DNA of 64,000 nucleotides from Perna viridis (lineage: Eukaryota): positions 14,012,001 through 14,076,000 of the forward strand of contig CM074511.1 of the NCBI GenBank assembly GCA_037379345.1, given 5' to 3'. The notes beneath the pieces are model-generated. The model was not told the DNA's origin, searched no databases, and saw nothing but the letters and a program-made list of their open reading frames with translations. Shown in pieces: positions 23,963 through 37,295 of the stretch (its first letter is position 1; the number at the start of each line of letters is the position of its first letter). The translations under genes and the position numbers were made by a program.

Positions 23963-24895
23963 CAGGATGGGTTCAAATACTTTTAAAAGTAATCAAATAC
24001 ATGTACTTCCAATTACTTTGGAATTTTGGTCAAATACATTACATAGCAATTACTTTGTGTTTTTTTTTTTTTTAAATGTATGTGATTCTTTTCAAATACT
24101 TTTGAAAATGTAATTAATTACTTTTTAGATACTTTATGCTTTGAAAGACTACAATGTATGACAAATAAACAAAAAAAATCCCTGGACAGTAGCAGACATC
24201 ATTCACAAAATCAAACTGAATTTTTCCTTAAAACTGATCACAGCCATTTAAAAAGATAGGGAAAGAGTCATTTCATTTTTAAACACACTACTTTATTATT
24301 TTTTGTTTGACACTTTTTTAATCACTTTCACACCTTTTCTAATTTCAAATAATGTTGTTATTTAGGTGTCTAAATATGACCCCAGGGCAGTTGGGGGACC
24401 AGGTTAATGACTGTACAAGGTGGATTAAGGGTTCATTCTCACTTAGCCAACATTTTGAAAATTGGGTTCATTCTCGCCTAGCCAACATTTTGAAAATTGA
24501 TAGTCTCATCTGGATTAAGATACTAAATAAGAAAGGAACAACCTGTTTAACATGTAACAAATGATCAAAGGTACGATCTATTTATTTTGATGTTTGTCAA
24601 AAATTTCATAAAACATAATTGAAAATATATAACTTATCAATACTGGTTTATTGTAATATTGTTCAAAATATAATTATTTTATTTTTTTATTATGTATTTA
24701 TTTGTATTGTTTGATCAATCTTGTCCTATTAGCTTATCATTAAATTGCAATATGTTTGAAATGTATTGGAAAAGTGTTAAAATGAAATCTTTTTTTTTTT
24801 TCAAAAAGTATTCAAATACTTTCAAATACATGAAATTGAAAATCTCTTCAATTACAAATACTTTGCAATTACTGATTTCAATTGCCCCAACCCTG
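23963..24895. mobile_element. hAT-like MITE
   Basis: caggatgggttcaaat ... aattgccccaaccctg; subterminal aattac/aaatac repeats at both ends; degenerate 8-bp flanks tctgtgac / ccagtgaa; internal ~35-bp duplication at ~24430-24500. Confidence 0.7.
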
Positions 24896-25371
24896 CCAGT
24901 GAACCCGCTTTTCTTTCCATAATTTCATTAAATACACCTTAAAGTGTTATTTGAGAAGAGTTTTTTTTGTGAAATCCATGTTATTTTTTCATGGTTTTTG
25001 ATAGATAAACTACTAACACAAAACATATGGAAAATCGAGAGAAATCGTTTTCCTGCCAAAATTTCAAATGGTTACATCTCAAAAACTGATCCATCATTTT
25101 TTTTTCATATTCATGTATTGTTCTTACATGAAAGGTCTTGAAAGCATCCACATCCTGTTGAAAACCCTATTATTCTTAAACAGAGCAGTAAATATCCTTA
25201 GTTGAGGGAAAATAATTAATGTCTCAGGGACAGTAAAATTTTAGAACACAACACAAAACTAACTATTTCCACAAACATAAATCTTAGAGAATGGCGGAGA
25301 TCACTAACATTTTAATTATTTTATGTTTTGAGATTTTGTGTGATGAATTTTTTTGTACTAAAAGTGTTAGA

Positions 25372-25561
25372 TACTGTAAATTAATTTTCCCAGTTGCTAT
25401 TTTTCATGGATTTTGTCAAGTGAACATATTTGCTGGTATCAATCTTTGTGGTGTATAAAATGGTTTGGCATAATATAGTGTTAAAAATGAATTTCACAGG
25501 TACTATTTTTTGCGGTTTTCTGTCCATAGTGGAAATAGTGAAAATTAGTACATTTACAGTA
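25372..25561. mobile_element. TA-flanked MITE (Tc1/mariner-like)
   Basis: tactgtaaat ... atttacagta. Confidence 0.65.
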
Positions 25562-26394
25562 TTAAAAACAGTACAACATAAAATGAAGTATACACTGTAA
25601 AAATAATTTATTGAAGTAATTTTTCATGAAAGGATGCACATTTCAGGGTATGTACACTGTTCCATCTTCGATTGGTCTTTTGATGGAGGATTGAAAAAAT
25701 TAAAAAAAAATTCATTGGCATATCTACTAGTTTATAATGCATGAGAAATCTTTTTAAGTGGGAGTTTTTAGCCTCCAAAGCAGGAGACACACTCTTTATG
25801 GAAGACAAATGTGGGAGTCCATCAAAATGCTTCCACTAAAATCCATTTACAAGTTTTAAGGATCACAGACTTTGTGGCTAAGTATTCTGTTCAAACATAC
25901 AGTCTCATTTATTTCTGTTTGTATCTTACAGAAAAGACAGTATTTTGTTGATTGAAGGTCTTGATGGAGTTTCTCTTTCTGTTTTAATACCAGTGTTAGT
26001 AGACAGTTAGACTATCCTGACCACATGTTTGGTATGATCCCAAGGCTTGTCATGGATAGAAAACACCATCGTGTACTATGGTGCCTTGGTCTTTCAAATC
26101 AAATGACAGATAGATACATTGTTTTAAAATTAAACTTTAATGGAAACCTAGTCATCATGGCTTTCATTCCATAAATGGTAATGGAAATAATTTGCTTATT
26201 TTTTTAAGACACATGAAAAAGGGTGTGGAGCTCTTTCCTTGATAATTTTATGGGTAATGAATATAAATATAATTCTGCTAAGTTTCAGATACATGTATGT
26301 TAAGTTCAATCCTTAGAAATATGTTCATCATTTGAAAAAAAAAATGTATGAATTGTGCCAGTACAAAGAAACAAGGCATTTGAAAATTGCAAAT

Positions 26395-26624
26395 TAAGGC
26401 CTAAATAAAAAATATCCTTGATTCTCATCCCCTCCCGCCCCATTTTTTTAACCTCTTTGAAAAATTTTATTTGGATTTTTTCCCAATTAAGGTCAGTTTT
26501 TTTTTTCAAATTTACAGCGTTTTTCCTTTAAATTGATAAACAATTTGAAAAATAAAATTTGCCCACCCACCCTTAATTTGAAAAATGTTGGATGAGAATC
26601 TAGGATTTTTTTATGATAGCCTAA
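26395..26624. mobile_element. MITE (PIF/Harbinger-like)
   Basis: Left aggcctaaataaaaaatatccttgattctcatcc; right (rc) aggctatcataaaaaaatcctagattctcatcc. Confidence 0.7.
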
Positions 26625-29392
26625 ATAGCAGTTGGATTTAAAATTTTGCCTGATTAAATTACGCAACATTTTGATTACCCCACTGCGTTTTGAAGGGAAA
26701 CAATCACAGAATTTTATGGCTATTATTTTTTCAGAGTGCTAATGGCTCTTTGAGTAAACAATAAATGAAGTCTTTTAAAGAGTAGTTTTTGTTGAAAGAT
26801 ACAGATTCCATAAAATATTTCCTGAAATTACTGTAACACATTAGAAATTTGATAAGAATCATAATTTCCGCAATAAAAGAAGCAGTTCCACACCATTATG
26901 TAATCTTTAGAAAGACATCAAAAAGATGGATCCAATTTAATGTTTGATATGTATTCTTTATAATATCATGATTTCATCGCCTTTTCCTTGGAGTTCAAGA
27001 TAGAAAATTAAATTAATTCAATTTGCTTGATTTCTTAAAGCCCTGTCCAAGTGAATTCACTAGACTGCCATTTTCAATTCTCATGGTTTCTTCAATGAAG
27101 ATTTTAACATTTATGGATATTGACAGTTAAATTGATCAAAACTGATTTTACATCTTGTGCCATTCTGTTTCTGGCATGTACTGAACATTACAAGGTATAG
27201 CTGTACCAATAGTTATGATGATTAGGTGATTAAAATGTCAGTATATATTTCATGAACCTTTTTCTATAGGAAACCAGGAGTTGTTCTTGATTTTTACAAA
27301 TGATTTTGAACAGAGAATTAGTCTTCATATAGGGATAATTAATTTAAATTTAAAAAAAAAAATGAAGAAGTTTCCTATCATTGTCATATAATTACCTCTA
27401 AATATGTAATATTTTAGACCCACATTAAATGCCTACAAAGTGCTTCCTTAAATATAAGTTGTAAGCTCCCATGTGACCAACTATGATTATTTAGGAAGTC
27501 AGCAGATTTGTTGGTGGGTGAGGCATTAGCTGAAACAGATCTACTGACTGTCTAAGTAATCAGAGATAGTTACCAGAGCTTATGACATTTTTGTATGATT
27601 TTGATGTCCTATATGATGGGGAAGTAAATTAATCTTTGTATTGACCAATATTTCTTTGAAGTTATTTCAAAAATCAGTCAGTGGTTACTAGATAAAATCT
27701 ATTTTTGTCTTGGCGTCCACATCCAAAATACACAATGGCCGGTGGGGTGATTGGACTATTCAGGTCAATTTTTTTAAAACGTGCATTGTTTCATTGATAG
27801 AGCTATATCAGTCTCAGCATCATTCTACAACTATTTTTATCATTGGTGGATAGATTTTCCTTTTATGGTCATTTGCCTATTTCATTCAAATATTTTCATC
27901 AATGGGGGATGAATTTTTCTTAATTTTCATATTGCAGCTTCGGTTATTTGGACGAACAGCTTTATCCAATCACGAGTGGTAAACACAACGCAAAATCATA
28001 CAATACCACATAGCTAGTTATTTCCACCTGGTGCTAATAATTTTGACATATGTTAGTGGTCTGTCTAATAGCACTTTGATTAATTCACACCACTTACTTC
28101 TATATCATCTAAAATAAGAAATACCAAAATTATTTGTATACCTTTTGGATTGAAAATCGCCACATTTTACACCTGTTAATCAGTAGTCCAATGAATTTAA
28201 CAATTTAAGTCTTTTTTCCCTTTGTAGAAATATTGTTCATTTGAAATTTTCCTAAACCATCTTAAAAAGTGGTACCCACAAAACTTTATAAACTGCCATG
28301 GGAGATTTAATGTCAAAGAAATTACAATGATACCAAATGAATTGGCTGAAGAATCAAAGAGATTTTGTCTTGTCAATGTAATCATTGGTCAAATAGCTTT
28401 AGCAAAATTATTGGCAATCCATACATGCATTTAGAGTCTTTAAAGAAACCCATTTTCAGTGGTCACCATGTACCCTCATGAGAACTATGTTATTCATCAA
28501 TTTGAAATTTACTGTCCTAAATACAATTCCAAAATAGTACACACTCTGTGATTTTTTACTGGTCAATAGAAACTGGTATCTCCAGGGAAATGACTTAATG
28601 AAGTTGTAGCGGAAAATGTTCTGACAAACAAATAATGTGCAAAATGCTTTTGACCAAATATTTGCTTTGGGGTTTGAAATGGCAATTTTAATTATATTAT
28701 ATATTATTTGGTCTCTTGCTGAATTTAATACTTGTCAATAATGTCGTCATTTGGGGGATGGGGTCAGATAGAAACTCATGATTTTAGGCTGCATGGTTGG
28801 ATAGCAGTATCAGCATGAAATTGCTATTTGAAAACAGTTTTTGTTGGCAACTGAGAGACGTTAAAGCTGGAAAATGACTCAACATTTATTCAATTTTGGA
28901 CTGTAGACAAAACAAGTTATTTTGATGTATTTTGGGAAGATATTCAACTCATTTATAAAAGTGTTAGTGTAAAAACAGACATTTCTCTCAGCATTTATTA
29001 TCCACAGCAATTTAAAAGGCTTAAAGCCCAGTTTAGGTCCACCAACAGACTAAAAAATGCATGGGTAGAGATATTTGTGCACTGAAATAAACAAGATGTA
29101 GTTAGCTAAGAAGTATAACTAATTCTTGTAGTTATTGTTTACTAAAAAAAAATTGTGGTATACCACAGCAAAAAAGTTTATTTTACTTATTAAATTATGT
29201 GTAAATTTGTATAATGAAAGATTTTGGTCTTAGATACTTCTGGAAACTGTTATTGTTCTAGTATCCTGAAAAATTTTGGAAATTTTATAAAGGTTCCGTA
29301 CAATTAATAAATAATTTGTTGATTTAAACCTATGGTATGTTTTCCAAAAACTTCTCTAATCCTGTACTGTTTAAAACTGCTTTCTATGATAA

Positions 29393-29792
29393 TGATACCC
29401 CTTCTCCAAAGGAGGGGGTATGCTGTCATACCCTTGTCTGTCCATCTGTTCATCCTGTCTCAAAGTCTGTCTAGCTGTTGATCTGGGCCCATATTTGCTC
29501 AATGACTTATGTATAGACTATACTAGACATATCCAGTGAACAGTTTTTCTCAGCAGATATAGCCTTTTAGTAGCTGGGCTCTGACTGTCTGTCACTTTTT
29601 GTACAAGTTTTCTGTGCAACTACTTAAAACGGCCACTTAATATGTAGACACAGGTTTTATTGAGGTGTGCCATGTCATAGGGTGTTATTTTGGGGTACAA
29701 CAGCTTTTAATTTGACAACTCAGTTTTAGTTACTGAAGATGGGTTGAAGGGGTATCACTAGTGGACATTGGTTCACAGATTTTTTCGTATTT
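29393..29792 (+). mobile_element. HINE family D
   Basis: 5' IR ataccccttctcc-aaa-ggagggggtat, TCTG/TCCA microsatellite, 3' gaaggggtat and palindrome gtggac-attg-gttcac. Confidence 0.7.
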
Positions 29793-30629
29793 TTGTTAAA
29801 TGGCTTTGTGTTTGACTTGAAGACTCTGTAGATAGTTTTCTTTTCATTGTTCAACTATGGAATTAAGCAGTTTAGATTAATGAGTTGACATCTTATTCAG
29901 CTGCAATCCATTGGTGACTTTTTCTAACTTTGCAGATTGCTTTTGCCTTTCATGACTAATTGTCTTTCAGTACTGAATGACTTGATTGAAAATATTGGGA
30001 ATCTTCAACTCTGCAAACAGCTGATTTATCGTTTATGAAATTTACAAATGGAGAAACAAAGCATTTATCACTTTAAACATGCTTTAAGTGCTTCTCCTCA
30101 TGATATGACAAAAATGGAATATTGACGTAAATTTTCCTCACTACATTTAACTTCTGTCAAGTTTTCAAAAGCCTTCTATTAAGAGATTGTGATTTACTAT
30201 GGCAAACGAATATTGTTTTTCCGAAATCCCATTGTCACTTGGAAACAGAGACTCATATTATCTTGGGACCATTTGGGAATTCTACAATTATGTAATGCGG
30301 CACTTTTGATAGTTTTAAAAACATAGCATATTAATCTATTCTAGTTGTTGTGAAAAATTACCACTAAACAAGCTGTTTTTACAAGCTCAATGTTACATAA
30401 TAGAAATGTCTCCTGGTATTAATTGAGATAAGATATTGATGTTAAGTATATATTTTGAATTAGGAAGAAAAGTTTATGCAACTTTTCAATATTAGGAAAT
30501 TTACAAGTGAAAATAAAAGTAGATTCAGTTGAAGTTGTCTGAAGAATAGAGTAATCAAAATCTGTATTCACTAGCCATAAATCCTTCCAGTTTAGATTCT
30601 CTGCACTTTTAACTATATAAACTACTACT

Positions 30630-32145
30630 TCCTCATAGGAAACAAGAGGTGGGTGAGAGGATTTAAAATCCCCATATACAAGGCATGGGTGGGAGGGTTT
30701 AAACATCCCATAGTAAACAAGGTTTGGGTGGGTGGTGTAAACCCCCCCATCAAACCCAACAAATCTATAATCTACTTAATGATTAAAACATACATGTACA
30801 TTTATCAATAATAAAAATTCAGATTGAAAACCACACATGACATTTAAGAAAACAAACAATGGGATGTATACAAAACAGTCAAATAATCTATATGCTTAAT
30901 CACCCCATAGTAAACAATGGGTGGCTGGGATGGGTTAAACACCCATAGTAAACATTGTATGGCTAGGAGGGTTTAAACACCCTAAAGTAAACAAGGGATG
31001 GCTGGGAGGGTTTAAACAACCTATATAGTAAACTGGTGATGGCTAGGAGGGTTAAAACACCCTATAGTAAACAAGGGATGGCTGGGAGGGTTTAAACACC
31101 CCTTGGTAAACAAGGGGTGGCTAGGAGGGTTTAAACACCCCTTATTAAACAAGGTATAGATGGGAGGGTATAAACACCCCATGGTACACAAGGGGTGGCT
31201 AGGAGGGTTTAAACACCCTATTTAACAAGGGATAGATGGGAGGGTTTAACCACCCCATAGAAAAAAAGAATGGGTGGGAAGGTATAAACACCCCATAGTA
31301 AACATGGAATGGCTGGGAGGTTTTAAACATCCCTTATTTAACAAGGGATAGATGGGAGGTTTTAAACACCCCATAGAAAAAAGGATGGGTGGGAGGGTAT
31401 AAACACCCCATGGTAAACAAGGGATGGGTTGGACGGTTTAAACACTTCATAGTAAACTAGGGGTGGCTAAAAGGGTTTAAACACCCCTTATTAAGCATGG
31501 GATAGATGGGAGGGTGTAAAGACCCCATAGAAAAAAAGGGATGAGTGGGAGGGTATAAACACTCCATTGTAAACAAGGGATGACTGGGAGGGTTTAAACA
31601 TCCCATAGAAAAAAAAAGGGATGAGTGGGAGTTTTTAAACACCCAATGGTAAACAAGGGATGGCTTGGAGGGTTTAAGCGCCCCATAGAAAAAGGGATGG
31701 TTTGGAGGGTTTTAACACTCTTTATATAAAACTAGGGATAAATAGGAGTGTTTAAACACTCCACAGTAAAGAAGGTATAGATGGTAGGGTTTAAACAGTC
31801 CTTATATGAAACAAGGGATGAATGGGGTTTAAACACCCCATAGTAAATGAGCAATTGATTGGATAGTTTAAACAACCCATATACAAGGCATGGGTGGGAG
31901 GGTTTTAACACCCCATAGTAAACAGGGGTTGGGTGGGAGGGTTTGAACAGCTCATAGTAAACAAGGGATGGGTGGGAATGTTTAAACACCTCATAGTAAA
32001 CAAGGGATAGGTGGGAGGGATTAAACACCCCATAGTAAAGAAGGGTTGGGTGGGAGGGTTTAAACACCTCATAGTACACAAGGGATGGATGAGAGGGATT
32101 AAACACCTCATAGTAAACAAGGGTTGGGTGGGAGGGTTTAAAAAT
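30630..32145. repeat. ~40-bp G-rich minisatellite (~31 copies plus ~3 detached upstream copies)
   Basis: Unit catagtaaacaagggatgggtgggagggtttaaacacccc; interrupted by ~150 nt of AT-rich sequence at ~30750-30900. Confidence 0.95.
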
Positions 32146-33338
32146 TCAAGCTTGATACCAAATAAACTGTTAATGTAAATCATTGACTGATGGGTGATGC
32201 TTTGTCTTAAAATAATAGCTGTTAATTAGCAATCTGATTGGTGCAGTTGAACTTGAATGGATCATAATCATGGGATGAAACCATTCAACCAAAGTTTTTT
32301 AGACTTAAACTTTTAATTGTGGACTTTTAAGAGTATTCAGAAATATTGCTTGTTAAAAATAAGCAAATTAATAGTAATGCATTCCTTGATAACAATGCCT
32401 ATAGAAAGCACAAGTATTACCAATACTATAGTTAAATAACATATCAAGTTGTCTTTGTAACCAGTACCCAATTTAAAATAATAGGAATACTGTGTAAGCA
32501 CAATTTCACAAGTAAGGTGGAATGATCTATCAGAGATCTATAAAACATTCTCAGAATAACATTAAGAAATGAAAAAATGATAACATATTTATTATTAAAG
32601 AGATCATTGCCAGATAGCTCTACCAGTAGAATACCACTTGCAGAACTTAAAGTCTTTCAAAATGGAGTTTCGAAGCCTGGCACATCAGTACTCAGAATAA
32701 GCCTTTGTGTAGTACTCCTGCTTTGATTTATATATGAGAATGTTAAGTAATGTCTAGAGATTTTAAGTTATGCTTTATGACTAAGTATGATGGATACATG
32801 TGCAATGATATTGAACATTTAATCCAAGTAATGATTTGTAACAACTATTTTTCTGTATTATAAATCTATCTTCCACAGATATGAGAACTTGCAAGAAGAG
32901 TAAGATATCACCAGACACCCATGTGTAAAATATAAGATTATCTAATGAGGCTTGTCCCTTTTAGAGAACACAGAATAATACCCAAGGGTGTCTGTAGTTT
33001 TCATGTCTGACTTTTTCTGTTGTGTTTTACTTTGTACAGATTTGTGTTTATACCATTGTTTCCATGGTGATATTACACTTTCAAAACAATAATATCTTTC
33101 CCAGATTTACATCTCTTTGACTATAAATCCCCCTAAAAATGGTTTCAGAACATATTTGTTAATCAAGGAAATTCCATATGTCAGGAATGGTACTCGCACA
33201 CACATACACACACATACATGACATACAGAATACATGGGATGCATAACGACCACCCTTTATAAATGTCAGTTAATAGATATCACTCTGAAAACTTTCCTAT
33301 GGCCCTGTATGTAGAATTCTATTCCTTTTTTTTTTCAG

Positions 33339-33502
33339 GATGATTTTAAGAGAATGTGATACTTCAGACATTAGTAGGATTCCACCCTTGAGCTTCTAGA
33401 AGATGTCAGAAGTTATTATAATATCTAATCACATCATTTTAAATGGGAAGAATATAAAAAATTTTCTAACAGTATATGGGTCCACCACTAGTAATATCAT
33501 TG
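33339..33502 (+). other. Candidate 164-nt non-coding (UTR, poison or lncRNA) exon
   Basis: Acceptor cc(t)10cag|g and donor tg|gtaagt; stops in all three frames. Confidence 0.4.
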
Positions 33503-35504
33503 GTAAGTGATATTTCCATTTAGAATGCTTTCTGGACTATGTTCATGAATCTCTCGTTCAGAACATGTTAATTTGCTTGTATCTATATTGTAAGTTTAAC
33601 TCTCAAACAGTTAACAGGAAGAACAAAACCCAGGGATGACAGCTAGATAAGGGCAATAGACAAACACAACAAAAAACATGAAATAACCAAAATATTAGGA
33701 ACAACTACTTAACAGAAGTAAATGTGCAACCCAGACACCATTTAAAACTGAAAGCATGAACCAGTTGCAGCAGTTGTCAACCGTTGTGGGAAATTATCCA
33801 ACTTAAGAGTCTTACAGGTCCAATCTAAGTAATGTACATGAATATTTTAAGCTTTCTAGTTCCCATTTATATATGTGTGGTCAAAATAAACCAGCATACT
33901 TAGTAATAAATCTTAATTGGCTACTCAGATAAAAATCACTTAGCTTATGTAAAAATATTTATTGTCAGCCTGTCGCTTTGTAACTGTTTAAAATGTAAAC
34001 ATGCATATGTGGTAATTCATATCACAATGGTGTGACATCTTTATTACCCATGGGAAGGTAACTCCTGACATACCACATCAATAACAACCCTTTTTTACAG
34101 AACATGACATGCAAACATTGACAGATAAATTCAATGCGGATGCACAGGCTTGTGATTCGAGTTCCACTTCTAAAAATTAGGCAGTGGCTGTAGCATCTTC
34201 AACAAAATTCCTCTGTTCTGACAATATTACTATTGCACAATGCAAAAACAAAAATAGAAGTCTTTTCATTGCAGAGCATGGTAGTTAAGGGGACAAAAAG
34301 CTATGAAGCGAATGCTGTTCATTAAATTTTGACTACCGGTATATGTATATCAGGCATATAATCTTTGCCTATTCCTGTAAGTACTTGTACTAACTGTTAA
34401 TTAATAAATATCTTTCTAATAACAGTATTTAAAACTGAGTTTTGAGACCTTTGGGTGGTCTAATGGTTAGGGTTCATCTGAAGACTAAAAACTACCATAG
34501 GTTTAGTCTTGTGTTAGACTTAACATTCTAAAACTTGTGATTATTTTTTTATCAGTGAAGACTTGAAAATAATGCATATTTCAAGATCAGCATGTTTATC
34601 TATGGAGTGATCATGTTTTCTTATTGTGAAATGAAAGAATGCTTTTCACAATACAACAAAAAAAAATGCATTGAAGAAGAAAAATAAGTCCTTCCTGTAA
34701 TATTTCTCAATCTACCACTGTTAAAAAAAAATACAATACTGCATTGCTCAAAAGGCTTTGTTATAATCAAGTTCAAAATAAAAAAAAAAACCATATCCAT
34801 TTTTAACTTCTTGAAACCTTCATGTACAACTTTCAAGGTTGCACTAAGTTTTTTACATTAAATATAATAGTAACTTTATCAATATTTAATAACCCATTAT
34901 AGTAACTGCACCAAGCTGGTAATTTTAATAACTTTTGAAATAACATGCAAACTGTATTATTCTGTACATGAATTTGTCATGAATATGATGCTAAACAGTG
35001 AAAAATCAATATAGCTCTAAAAGTTTGTGTAAAAATTATTTCCTATTTTTATTGCTCTATGGTTCTGTACAAAAGGAGACAATTATCTGTGTTGTGGTAA
35101 TTTTGTAACTTGGTGGTTTATGTTATTTGTTAAAATGTTTTTTTTTGTTGTATAATCCTTATTGAGTATCAACACAATGAAAACCATATCTAGGGAATAA
35201 TTACTCAATAATGGTATATTAATTATTATAATTGACCTAGTTTTCATACTGAGAAAAATTGTCACTGTATGTGAAAGATTTAATTTCCAGTGTTTGGTTT
35301 TATTCCTGTGGTAAAATTTCAATTATATACTGTTAGCAGTTAATGTATAGAGACTATAATGAGGTTGTACAGCCAGAATACAATAATGAGCAATAATTGT
35401 CTAAAATGACTGTAGCCAAATGGATTTTTGTATATCATTGGAATACTACTGCATACTAGCGTCCTACAGAGGTGAATTATTCATAACCAGAACTAAACCC
35501 TCCT

Positions 35505-35695
35505 GTTTATTGCTATCCAACAAGCTCCCTCTCTATGTTAGCAACTCTCTGATAGTTTATTTGGCTGATTGGATATTTTTCTCTTGCATTGGCTGTTTGA
35601 GTGCATGCAGTGGTTGTTAACAGCTGTGCTGTGTATGATTCTGTGGAAAACTCGGAGCTTCACCTCTTGTTACTGAAAAGTTACAGAAGGTAGGA
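35505..35695 (+). promoter_or_regulatory. Candidate internal promoter and first exon ending at 35689
   Basis: Inverted CCAAT boxes at 35568 and 35588, RFX half-site tagcaac at 35539, E-box cagctg at 35621, donor aag|gtagga at 35690. Confidence 0.4.
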
Positions 35696-36802
35696 TATTT
35701 TTATTGACTACATTTGTTATACTTCTGAGCTGAGAAGTGGGAGACAAAAGCATCCTATTATCAAATGACTTCTGTAGTAATACTAAAAGGCTACAATTAT
35801 AATGGTATTTTTTAATGTCATTTCCTTTAGTTAGGACTAAGTACACCAGGGTTCTGTTGTTTTTTCATAAGGATTCAATTTTGATATTATTTGAGTAAAT
35901 GATGCAGCTGTTTTGATATACAATGTACTAGTATACAATATTAACAATTGATCCTTTTAACTTTATTTAATGTATTTGAAGAAATAAAGATTTTCTGTCA
36001 TGTATAAATGACAGGTCAAACTAGGTGTCATGAAATTTGAAATGTTTAAAATTTATTTGATATTCTTGTTTAGGCACAGTAATCATTCTATGTGGAAGAG
36101 TGAAATGTTGATGAAAATATTGTACTCTGAGTATAAATATTTTATATTAGGCCAAACATTTCCTGTGAGGTAAAGTCTATACATTTTAAACAAATTAAAT
36201 GAGAGAATTTTTAGGGGGGGGGGGAGTATTTAAAAATTGTTACATTTATTTATAGGTACTGGTTCTAATATATGCAATGCCATATATAAATGAACACAAA
36301 AAAAATTGCAACCAACCAATAGAAGCCACTAGTTTTTTGACAAAAAATAATTAATAAAGCATTGTTTTTCTTCATTGAGTAAAAAATATTTTGTTTAAAC
36401 CAACTATGTACCTTAAGCAAAGTTGACATGTTTAGTTGTTAATTGCAGCTCAAAGTTCATCAACTTGTCTGGCAGCATTCCATTTCTTTAACCATCTTCC
36501 CTATGCTGTAAAAAATATCTAGGGCCTTATGAAACAAACTTTATGTTCTTTGCACTTGAAGGAAATCTTGCTGATCTCTCAGATGTTTATTTTTACAGCC
36601 TTTATTGTAAACAACTTGATACTTCTCTAGAATTGTAGAACATGATGCACTTGAACACAATTCTTCAGAGAGAACAAATTACCTATAAAAAGTGTATTAG
36701 GTAAATGATTGAAAGAAGGAATTAGATACGAAAGAAGAAAGGATATAAGGTGGTCTGAGAAGTATGTCAGCATTTACCTAAATACAGTGAAAAACCATGG
36801 GA

Positions 36803-37295
36803 GACTGGGGACTATTATGCCTGACTGGGAACTATTGAGCCCGACTTGGGACAATCAAGGCTGACTGGGGACTATTGAGCCAGACTGGGGACTATTTAGC
36901 CTGACTGGGGACTATTGAGCCAGACTAGGGACTATAATGCCTGACTGGGGACTATTGAGCCTGACTAAGGACTATAATGCCTGACTGGGGACTATTGAGC
37001 CTGACTAAGGACTATAATGCCTGACTGGGGACTATTGAGCCTGACTAAGGACTATTAGACCAGACTGAGAAATTTTGAGCCTGACTGGAAACTGTTGGGC
37101 CAGACTTGGATTATTGGGCCATACTCACTGAGAGTATTATCCCACACTGGGAACTATTGTGCCTGACTGACTTACTGAGCCTGACTGGGATCTGTTGAGC
37201 AGACTGAAACGTAGGACTTACTGGGGACTAATGAACCAGACTTGTAACTATTGAGCCAGACTAGGACTATTGAGCCATACTGGGGACTGTTGAAC
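36803..37295. repeat. 20-bp minisatellite, ~24 copies, with a local 40-bp higher-order repeat
   Basis: Unit gactggggactattgagcct; alternating ctgactaaggactataatgc / ctgactggggactattgagc at ~36920-37050. Confidence 0.9.

Noticed and set aside
27690-28115. CpG-richer segment, possible TE remnant or regulatory element
   Set aside because: No termini, second copy or motif cluster that I could define, so it is left uncalled.
30419-32183. Pro/His/Tyr-rich minus-strand ORFs
   Set aside because: Artefacts of the 40-bp minisatellite; frames break with unit indels.
34130-34175. tRNA or SINE head (gattcgagttcc, B-box-like)
   Set aside because: No A-box or cloverleaf could be built.
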